A stretch of DNA of 63,652 nt, the filler included. It is 9 parts of 9 records of this genome, joined end to end, with 100 filler letters (N's around TTAATTAATTAA, not from the genome) between each part and the next. Parts side by side here need not be neighbours in the genome. Positions count along the whole stretch, not along the records: positions 1 to 5,472 come from SRR31156797_80732; positions 5,573 to 11,966 come from SRR31156797_80773; 7 more parts are not named here. One strand, written 5' to 3'. The position numbers were made by a program, and so were the translations under genes. The notes under the pieces were generated by a model. That model worked only from the letters and a program-made list of their open reading frames with translations, was not told where the DNA came from and made no database searches. This document shows, piece by piece, positions 1 to 7,704 of this stretch (its first letter is position 1; the number at the start of each line of letters is the position of its first letter).

Positions 1-97
1 TGTAGCAGTGATTTTCTGCTACAACATACCTCGTCCGCTTGCGACGTGGGTTGTTGATTTTATTAGTTCATTATAAACTACAAGCAGAAAAATTAGA

Positions 98-136
98 TAA
101 AAAAGATCGGGTATCAGAGATACTTGATCTTTTTTG
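98..136 (+). terminator. Intrinsic terminator-like hairpin (possibly bidirectional)
   Basis: AAAAAAGATCGGGTATC-aga-GATACTTGATCTTTTTT stem with A/T tails. Confidence 0.6.
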
Positions 137-557
137 TTATCATAATTTATATCATATAAATAATAAAATAAATAAACTCTTTTATAGTGATTAAGTAATG
201 TAAAAATAGCCAGGATGTAAATAATAAAATTGATTAACAAATGATAAGTTTTTTTAAAAAAAATTAGTTGACTTTTTTTTGAAAATTAATTGAATTAGGC
301 TATTCTAATATTTGGAAATTTTAATAATATACCAAATAATAATCTGGTGTTAAAATATCGTAAAAACCGCTGTTTTTTTGATTTTCCCCACTTTTTTTCA
401 TAAAAACAGTTATTTATTTCAAAAAACAACCATTTTAAACTATATCTATACTACTAAAAGATCATTGATTTACCTTGATATAGTGAAAATAATAATAATA
501 ATATAATTTTGTATCTCTATAATAGAATTAATGTAATTTTATATGGGTATAAAAACA

Positions 558-586
558 TTTACTGTTGAGGTGAAGAATGGTATAAT
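558..586 (+). promoter_or_regulatory. Sigma70-type promoter of the FHA gene
   Basis: TTTACT-N17-TATAAT with extended -10 (TGg-TATAAT), about 50 nt upstream of the ATG; RBS GGAGG. Confidence 0.55.
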
Positions 587-637
587 TGAATTGGGGTTAA
601 TGGGATAACGAAAATAATTTAAAAGGGGGAGGATACA

Positions 638-1315
638 ATGGGTTTCATTAAAGATATGAAAATAAAACAGGAATTAGAGTTGTATATGGAGGATAAAGAT
701 CAAAGGTTTTATAATCAAAAAAAGAAGATAAAATTAAAGAGTTATCTAACAATATTAATTATTATTTCTGTAGTATTTTTTAATATTTTGGAATTTGGAG
801 TTTCTCAATTAAGTATTACGATTTCGATAATTCTTTTACTTGCCGGAATAGCTTATGAAATATCAAAGTATTATTATGAATTGAGAAGGGAAACTGAAAT
901 AGCAATAATAAAAAAAGACACTACTAATGTTTCAAAGTCAAATGAGCTTCAAGCAAATGAAAATTTAGAAAAGCAAAATATAACACAGGTGATATTAAAA
1001 GACGATGAAGGACATAATGTTAAATCTTGGGAATTAGAAAACTTATCAACTCTAATTATTGGAAAAGAGAATGCTCAAAATCATGTAGAGATTGATTTGA
1101 GTAATGTGATGTATTCAGCGCTGATTAGTAGAAAACACGGGATATTAAATAGGAGTGAGAATGGCTGGTATTATGAAGATCTTAACTCTCTAAATGGTAG
1201 TATGATTGAGAAAAATGAAAACGGTGAGAAGCTTAAGATTTCAAGAGGAACTTCTGTGAAAATAGAGAGTGGTGATTACTTATATATCTCTAATACCAAA
1301 TTATATATAATTTAA
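638..1315 (+). CDS. Membrane-anchored FHA domain protein
   Basis: Two N-terminal TM segments; C-terminal FHA motifs (IIGK...ISRKHG...EDLNSLNG); RBS GGAGG. Confidence 0.85.
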   Translation: MGFIKDMKIKQELELYMEDKDQRFYNQKKKIKLKSYLTILIIISVVFFNILEFGVSQLSITISIILLLAGIAYEISKYYYELRRETEIAIIKKDTTNVSKSNELQANENLEKQNITQVILKDDEGHNVKSWELENLSTLIIGKENAQNHVEIDLSNVMYSALISRKHGILNRSENGWYYEDLNSLNGSMIEKNENGEKLKISRGTSVKIESGDYLYISNTKLYII

Positions 1316-1676
1316 TCATGATTGAGTTTAATGGCAAATTAAATCAATCTATCGAATCAACGTTTTAAACGATGATAGTCTGAAACTATAACAGTGCTTT
1401 TCTGCTATGGATAATAAATTAAATTTTTTTATATTTTGACTACAAAGTAGAAAAACACTTTGTTTTCTTTTGAAATTCAAATTCTTTTTCAGGATTTAAT
1501 ATATATATTAGAATATATTAAAATGATAAAAATAAATTTGACAATTAATATGGTATGGTATGAAGTTTAATAAAAAAAATTATAACGTGTAAGTTTCTGG
1601 TACAGAGAAGAGTTCAAATGTATAAAAAATCCATACGAACTAATAACTAAGTTCAAATTTTTGGGCAAAAAACAAC

Positions 1677-1705
1677 TTGTATTTCCATTATGTATGTGTT
1701 AGTAT
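1677..1705 (+). promoter_or_regulatory. Sigma70-type promoter of the small Cys-rich gene
   Basis: TTGTAT-N17-TAGTAT with extended -10 TG. Confidence 0.45.
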
Positions 1706-1810
1706 ATTCACATTGGGAGTAGATATTATTAAGAAAGTATGGTTGATTATTAAATACATTCTTAAGTGGTGTAAGGCATTAAGCAGAAGTAATAGTGTAA
1801 GGGGAGTTTA

Positions 1811-2032
1811 ATGTTACGAAAAGATATTCAGGATTTTTATTTCAAAGCAATGGACGTTTTATTTGAAGGAGGATTTTGCCCGAAAGAGTCGTTAATTAGA
1901 GTAGAAGGAACAAGGTTTATATGTGATTGTGGTACTAAAACAGTTGAAGATTGTAAAGAATGCATTTCAGAGTATATAATTAATTCTACAAAAGCCGATA
2001 AAGAAATGGTTGACTTAATTCTTGGCGAATAA
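1811..2032 (+). CDS. Small Cys-rich hypothetical protein (73 aa)
   Basis: RBS AAGGGGAG, ATG start, terminator-like hairpin right after the stop; five Cys including CxC and CxxC. Confidence 0.75.
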   Translation: MLRKDIQDFYFKAMDVLFEGGFCPKESLIRVEGTRFICDCGTKTVEDCKECISEYIINSTKADKEMVDLILGE

Positions 2033-2041
2033 AATGGTGGT

Positions 2042-2074
2042 AAGGAGATATGAGTTTAGCTCACATCTCCTTTT
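2042..2074 (+). terminator. Intrinsic terminator
   Basis: AAGGAGATATGAG-tttag-CTCACATCTCCTT followed by T-rich tail. Confidence 0.65.
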
Positions 2075-2201
2075 CTGTTATTATGACTTTAAGAACTAAT
2101 TAAATCAATACTTAGTTGAATAGCTCATTTAGAGTTTGACTTGGCTTTTTTATAAATATAATGTATAATTTTAAAAGGAACAACACTTTGGGAGACAGGA
2201 G

Positions 2202-4091
2202 TTGGGGAATTTGAAAAACCGTAGTATGGTAAACTCGATATTATTGATCATGATTGCGCTAATTTTACTGGCATTATTATCGATTGGTTATGCATGGCTT
2301 ATCGGAGAGTATAAAAATTTTAAAGTAGAATCTGAATTAACTAAAAAAGAATTAGTTGATAAGGAGAGAGAAATACTTCAAAACGAAGTTAATAAAGTAA
2401 TCGAATATCTTTCGCTGAGAAAATCGCAAACAGAAAGAAGATTAAAAATAAATGTTAAAAATAGAACTTATGAAGCATATGCGATAGCTTTAAATATTTA
2501 TAATGAGAATAAAAATTCAGGACTTACTAAAAAAGAGATCGGTAAAATGATAAAAGATGCTCTTCGACCTATTAGATTTAATAGAGGAAGCGGGTATTAC
2601 TTTATAGTTGATTTAAATGGTATAGAACAATTATATCCAATTCACCCGGAATTTGAGGGTGAAAACCTAATTAATCTGCAAGATCATAAAGGAAATTATG
2701 TAGTTCAGGATGAAATCAAATTAGTGAATAAAAGTAATGAAGGTTATATAGAAGGATTCTGGAGAAAACCTGAAACAAATTCAAATAAAATATTTAAAAA
2801 AATATCATTCATAAAAAAAATTGAACCACTTGGCTGGTATATAGGAAACGGTGAATATGTTGATGATGTAGAGAAAAATATCCAAAGAGAAGTTGGAGAA
2901 TATCTCTCTGCTATAAGATACGGAAGTAATGGAAATCAATATATTTTTGTCACTGAGTATACAGGTGTAGAAAAAATAAACGGAGTTTTTCCTAACTTAG
3001 TTGGTCAGAACCTATGGGATATGGAAGATGCAACAGGGAGAAAAATTGTACAAGATGGAATTACAATGGCAAGAGAAAATAAAGAGGGCGGCTTTATAAC
3101 TCAATACTGGTATGACGTTGAAGGAATAGGTACTTCAGAAAAACTCTCTTTTATGAAAAGATTTGATGAATGGGAATGGATAATTGGTACAGGAGTTTAT
3201 CTTGATAAAATTAATCAAAAGATTTTAGATAATGAAAAGAATTTAAAAGAGAAAATAAAATTAAGGATAGCATATATATCTTTAATTCTTGTTACCCTTG
3301 CAATAACTTCTTTAGTAATTGTTAGGATATTGGGAGTGAAACTAAATGAGAATCTAAATCTCTTTGTAGATTTTTTCAAAAACGCATCAAATGATTACGA
3401 AGAGATGTCGTTGGATAAAATAACATATTCCGAGTTTCAAGAGTTGGCTCAAAGTGCAAACATAATGATCAGAGAAAGAAAGGCTTTAGACGAAGAGATT
3501 CGTGAAATAAATGAAAACTTACAAAAAATAGTTAATGATAGAGAATCTAAGCTAAAAAATATTAATAATAATATTGAAAGACTAATAAATATCAAATCAA
3601 AAAAATTGATAGATATTTCAAGGCGTGATTCTTTAACCAAACTTTTTAATCGAAGACATATATTAGAAAAACTAAATGAAGAGATAAGGCATGCTAAAGA
3701 GAATAAACACTCCTTAGCAATAATAATGCTTGATTTGGATCATTTTAAGCGAATTAATGATACATACGGGCATACTATCGGAGATAAAGTGCTTGAAAAA
3801 GCAGGAAGGTGTATCAAAGCCAATATAATGAAACTTGATATTGCCGGAAGATATGGCGGAGAAGAGTTTTTGATTATTTTACCGGAAACAAATCTGGAGG
3901 AAGCATACAGACGATCTGAAAAAATAAGAAATGCAATTGAAGACTTGGATTTAGGCGAAAGAGATATGAAAATCACAGCGAGTATTGGAGTTGCAGAGTT
4001 AATAAGAGAAAATTTAAATCAACTAATAGATAAAGCTGATGAACTTCTATATCAAGCCAAAAAAAATGGAAGAAACAGGACTGAAATGTAA
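2202..4091 (+). CDS. Double Cache-domain sensor diguanylate cyclase
   Basis: TM - two Cache-like periplasmic repeats - TM - coiled coil - GGDEF domain (RYGGEEF, DLDHFKRIND); I-site reads MKLD rather than RxxD. Confidence 0.9.
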   Translation: MGNLKNRSMVNSILLIMIALILLALLSIGYAWLIGEYKNFKVESELTKKELVDKEREILQNEVNKVIEYLSLRKSQTERRLKINVKNRTYEAYAIALNIYNENKNSGLTKKEIGKMIKDALRPIRFNRGSGYYFIVDLNGIEQLYPIHPEFEGENLINLQDHKGNYVVQDEIKLVNKSNEGYIEGFWRKPETNSNKIFKKISFIKKIEPLGWYIGNGEYVDDVEKNIQREVGEYLSAIRYGSNGNQYIFVTEYTGVEKINGVFPNLVGQNLWDMEDATGRKIVQDGITMARENKEGGFITQYWYDVEGIGTSEKLSFMKRFDEWEWIIGTGVYLDKINQKILDNEKNLKEKIKLRIAYISLILVTLAITSLVIVRILGVKLNENLNLFVDFFKNASNDYEEMSLDKITYSEFQELAQSANIMIRERKALDEEIREINENLQKIVNDRESKLKNINNNIERLINIKSKKLIDISRRDSLTKLFNRRHILEKLNEEIRHAKENKHSLAIIMLDLDHFKRINDTYGHTIGDKVLEKAGRCIKANIMKLDIAGRYGGEEFLIILPETNLEEAYRRSEKIRNAIEDLDLGERDMKITASIGVAELIRENLNQLIDKADELLYQAKKNGRNRTEM

Positions 4092-4107
4092 GATCTAAAT
4101 ATAAAAT

Positions 4108-4148
4108 AAAAACGGAAAACACTGATTTAAAAGTGTTTTCCGTTTTTT
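4108..4148. terminator. Bidirectional intrinsic terminator between convergent genes
   Basis: Perfect 16-bp inverted repeat AAAAACGGAAAACACT / AGTGTTTTCCGTTTTT. Confidence 0.8.
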
Positions 4149-4162
4149 CTATTAATTTTAAA

Positions 4163-5095
4163 TTAAAGTTTTACTCCGTTAATTATCTCTTTTATAAATT
4201 CTGATGATTTCTTTAGTTCTACTAATTCTTCATCAGAAAATTTTAGTTCAAGCAACTTTTCAATTCCGTTTTGATTAATAATTGCAGGCAATGCAAGGAC
4301 AACATCGTCGATACCATGCAGGTTTTTGATATAACTACCTACCGGGATAATTGATTTCTCATTTACAGCTATTGCTCTCACAATTCTATAAATACTAGCG
4401 GCAATACCATGGTTAGTATTTCCTTTTTTATTAAATATATCAAATCCGGAATTAACCACATAATCAAGGGCTTCTTCTTTATTAATTCTTTCAATTCCAT
4501 TCATATCAGCAAATGTATCTAAGTCTACACCAAAGACATTACATAAAGACCAAGGAATAAAGCAGCTTTTTCCGTGTTCTCCAAAAACAAAACAGTTAAT
4601 ATTCTTCGGATCAATATTAAACTTTTGACTGATATAATATCCAAGTCTTGATGTATCAAGTAATGTCCCAGAGCTAAGAACTCTCTGAGCCGGGAAACTT
4701 GAGTTTTTAATTGCAAAATATGAAACTACATCAACAGGGTTTGTAACAAAAATTAGAATAGAATCAGGAGTATGTTTCTCTAACTCCTTGACTATTTCTA
4801 CAGCAATTTTAGAATTAGCCTGTGCAATAGCATCTCTGGTATCTCCTTTTTTAACTTGTACACCGGCAGTGATAATAACTACATCACTGTCTTTGCAGTC
4901 GGCGTAACTACCATAACTTAATTTAGTATTTTTTGTATAAAACAAACTTTGAGTATGTCTAAAGTCCATCATTTCAGCAAATGATTTTTCCTCGTTTAAA
5001 TCAACTAAAACTATTTCAGAGAAATTTCCTACATTAAACAGATATGATACGATATCCGTTCCAACCATTCCAGCACCAATAACTGAAATTTTCAT
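4163..5095 (-). CDS. L-lactate/malate dehydrogenase family (LDH-like 2-hydroxyacid dehydrogenase)
   Basis: GAGMVG Rossmann motif, TNPVD, SGTLLDTSR, GEHG catalytic His; RBS GAGGTG. Confidence 0.9.
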   Translation of the reverse strand: MKISVIGAGMVGTDIVSYLFNVGNFSEIVLVDLNEEKSFAEMMDFRHTQSLFYTKNTKLSYGSYADCKDSDVVIITAGVQVKKGDTRDAIAQANSKIAVEIVKELEKHTPDSILIFVTNPVDVVSYFAIKNSSFPAQRVLSSGTLLDTSRLGYYISQKFNIDPKNINCFVFGEHGKSCFIPWSLCNVFGVDLDTFADMNGIERINKEEALDYVVNSGFDIFNKKGNTNHGIAASIYRIVRAIAVNEKSIIPVGSYIKNLHGIDDVVLALPAIINQNGIEKLLELKFSDEELVELKKSSEFIKEIINGVKL

Positions 5096-5260
5096 TCAAT
5101 TCACCTCACTTATTTTTCTAAGTTAATAAAATATAGTTCACTATAATTTTACTTAAAAAAATATCTTTCACGTATTTTTTTCTATGCAGCAAATTACCAA
5201 TTCAGCTGCATTTTTAGACCATTTATACTTTAATTATATAATTTTAATCAGTTAAAAAGC

Positions 5261-5340
5261 AAATATATAAAATGTATTGAGGTGATAAATCATAAAAATA
5301 CCCCTGGACTAGGACAAGTTTGATACAGTATCTGCAAAAA
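5261..5340 (+). pseudogene. Possible decayed fragment of an RnfG-like FMN-binding gene
   Basis: Reads IKCIEVINHKNTPGLGQV*, resembling the RnfG 'HxETPGLG' motif; a shifted frame reads KFDTVSA, resembling the flavinylation motif. Confidence 0.3.
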
Positions 5341-5472
5341 AATAAAGAAAAGTGGAAAAAAAACAACCAAAAATAGTACTTAAGTATCTTAGGAAAATCA
5401 AAGAAAAAGACTAAAATTAATAATAAAAACTATAATGATTGCCTAAATCTAAAGCACATTATTTCGCAAGAA

Positions 5473-5572
5473 NNNNNNNNNNNNNNNNNNNNNNNNNNNN
5501 NNNNNNNNNNNNNNNNTTAATTAATTAANNNNNNNNNNNNNNNNNNNNNNNNNNNNNNNNNNNNNNNNNNNN
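5473..5572. other. Artificial contig spacer
   Basis: N-run + TTAATTAATTAA (stops in all frames) + N-run; composition changes across it. Confidence 0.98.
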
Positions 5573-5663
5573 GACCGTAGCTTCCAGCTGCGGTCTCCCG
5601 CCGTAGAACTCCCGAACCATAACCCTGCAAACCATGATAGGCATCACAGAAGAGCGCCAGCCC

Positions 5664-5691
5664 CTAATGCCTAATGCCTATTGACTAATGC
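5664..5691 (+). repeat. Heptamer tandem repeat
   Basis: CTAATGC CTAATGC CTATTGA CTAATGC. Confidence 0.7.
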
Positions 5692-5714
5692 CTTCTCTTC
5701 GCCTTCTGCCTCCT

Positions 5715-6797
5715 TTACCTCACCGCCCAATCACTCCAGGGAATACTGACCTTCACCACCGGATTCTTCTGCCCGCTCTTCGTGATCGTCACGGAACGCC
5801 CGATCGGCAGCGGCGACAGCGGCCAGATGTGCCCGACGTCGCGGGTCGTCACGACCGGAACCTGGGAGTTCTTCGGCAGGTGGTATTTCATGAAGTTCAC
5901 GACCGCGTGCTGTGAATCGCCGTCCTTGTCGTGGAAATCGCCGATCAGCACGCCGGCACATTTTTCCCAGTAGCCCGCGAGCTTCAGCAGTGCGAGGTGG
6001 CGATCGACGCAGTCGGGATTCTCGTTGAGGTCTTCCAGAGCGATCCACTTGTCGGTCGGATCCATGTACTTGCGATAGGCAGGTGCAGCCGCCAGTGCCA
6101 GCATGACGGTCAGGTTCCCGCCGATGAAGGTCGCCTGCGACGATGCGGGCATCTTCCCGCTGATGAGCTTGCCCTTGATGCTGCGCGACGAGCCGCGTCC
6201 TTCGAGGACGTCGAGGACATCACCGAAGAATTCCTGGAACCGAAGAGGATACTGCCCCGCAGCCCATCCCTTGGTGAACGCCTGAGCCGCTTCACTGCCG
6301 GCTTCCAGATCCGGTGCGAGCTTCTTGAGATTCCGCTCTGCATAGCCCGTCAATCCGCCCAGCAGGAAACCGGGACCCATATCGTAGTAGGAGAACGCCT
6401 TGGGATAACAGCCCATGATGTTGTTCATGGTCGTGATTTCACTGAACCCGAACAGCGCGATCTTGCTGCGACGTTTCTTGAGAACATCGAAGTTGATCAT
6501 CGGAATCACGCGGCTCAGCCATGCACCGCCACGCAGTGTGACGACCGCTGCGACGTCGCTGTCAGCCAGGGCCTTCTCGATATCCTTCGCCCGGCGGGCA
6601 TCGTCGTTGCGTCCGCCCTTGTAGTCATCTTCCGGAGCTTCGATGAGTTTCTCGTCGCCCGTGACGCGGTAGTCGGGTCCGACCGCCTCCTGCACGAAGC
6701 GAATGAGCTGCTTCGCCGAATCGAATTTCAGTCCATCGAGTACACGCCGGGTAGTACCGGCAACAGCAAGAAGATGAATAACGGGTTTTTTAGCCAT
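5715..6797 (-). CDS. S66 family LD-carboxypeptidase
   Basis: RGG motif, GFSEIT (Ser), GGNL, LEDLNE (Glu), VGH (His) triad. Confidence 0.85.
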   Translation of the reverse strand: MAKKPVIHLLAVAGTTRRVLDGLKFDSAKQLIRFVQEAVGPDYRVTGDEKLIEAPEDDYKGGRNDDARRAKDIEKALADSDVAAVVTLRGGAWLSRVIPMINFDVLKKRRSKIALFGFSEITTMNNIMGCYPKAFSYYDMGPGFLLGGLTGYAERNLKKLAPDLEAGSEAAQAFTKGWAAGQYPLRFQEFFGDVLDVLEGRGSSRSIKGKLISGKMPASSQATFIGGNLTVMLALAAAPAYRKYMDPTDKWIALEDLNENPDCVDRHLALLKLAGYWEKCAGVLIGDFHDKDGDSQHAVVNFMKYHLPKNSQVPVVTTRDVGHIWPLSPLPIGRSVTITKSGQKNPVVKVSIPWSDWAVR

Positions 6798-6815
6798 GAG
6801 ATCTGTTGATTCCAG

Positions 6816-7628
6816 TTATGATTGTTTTGTCGTTTCAACGAATTCGTTTGCCAGAGTCGGATCGATCGGGTTTTCGATCTTCCCTCCCAATTTGAGAGCG
6901 GTTCCTACGATAACGCCATCGCACGCGGAACGCAAAAAGGGCATGCGATCCACATTGGCTCCGCTGCCGATTAAAACCGGTTTATCCGGCACCGCTTTCT
7001 TGACGGCCTGCACCTCGACCGGATCGGTCGGTTTGCCCGTGCCCGTACCGGAGACAATCAACCCATCTGCCCGACCGCGATAGGCGGTTTCCTCGGCGGT
7101 TGTAGCGATGTCGGTTTTCATCAGGGGCGTGCCATGCTTGACATGCACATCAGCAAGAATCGCTACCTTCGGAGCGATACGATCCCGCAGGCGAAGCGTG
7201 TCCGCGGCGCATCCTTCGATAATCCCCTGGTCGGTCGCAGTTGCACCGATGTGAACATTCACGCGAATGAACGAAGCCCCGACAATGGCCGCGATCCCAA
7301 GTGCCGATTCCGGATCGTTGCGAAGAACGTTCACGCCGATGGGAAGCCTGCTGATCTGCGCCACCTCACGACAGGCAAGCGTCATTGCCGCAACGGTGAC
7401 CGGCTCGACCCGCGTGGGATAGAATGGCGTATCCCCGAAATTCTCGACCATGATGGCAGAAAACCCGGCATCCGCGAGTGTTTTCGCATCGGTCCGGGCA
7501 TGATCCAGGATGGCATCCATCCCGCGGTCGTCATACCCCGGACTCCCAGGCAGCGATGGCAGATGAACCATCCCAATCAGAATCGGCGGTTTCAAATCCA
7601 ACATGAATCCATTCTTTCTGTATTGCAT
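6816..7628 (-). CDS. BtpA/SgcQ family protein
   Basis: IGMVHLPSLPGSP, VENFGDTPF, GVNVLRND, ADVHVKH motifs; the start may be the later Met. Confidence 0.92.
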   Translation of the reverse strand: MQYRKNGFMLDLKPPILIGMVHLPSLPGSPGYDDRGMDAILDHARTDAKTLADAGFSAIMVENFGDTPFYPTRVEPVTVAAMTLACREVAQISRLPIGVNVLRNDPESALGIAAIVGASFIRVNVHIGATATDQGIIEGCAADTLRLRDRIAPKVAILADVHVKHGTPLMKTDIATTAEETAYRGRADGLIVSGTGTGKPTDPVEVQAVKKAVPDKPVLIGSGANVDRMPFLRSACDGVIVGTALKLGGKIENPIDPTLANEFVETTKQS

Positions 7629-7661
7629 TACCTTTGCGAGGCAATCGTTTATTGTTTTTTA

Positions 7662-7687
7662 ATCTGCGTCCATCTGCGTAATCTGCG
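7662..7687 (+). repeat. Short intergenic repeat (ATCTGCG x3)
   Basis: ATCTGCGtccATCTGCGtaATCTGCG. Confidence 0.6.
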
Positions 7688-7704
7688 GACGCTCTCAGAA
7701 AAAA

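Noticed and set aside
19-240. 73-aa minus-strand ORF
   Set aside because: AT-rich, low-complexity, crosses a terminator hairpin and lacks an RBS
1320-1420. c-di-GMP riboswitch near the GGDEF gene (GGCAAA seen)
   Set aside because: The remaining conserved elements are missing; better explained as a simple hairpin after the FHA gene
5473-5572. Recurring TTAATTAATTAA as a biological repeat or CRISPR
   Set aside because: Always embedded in N-runs of fixed total length; it is an all-frame-stop assembly linker
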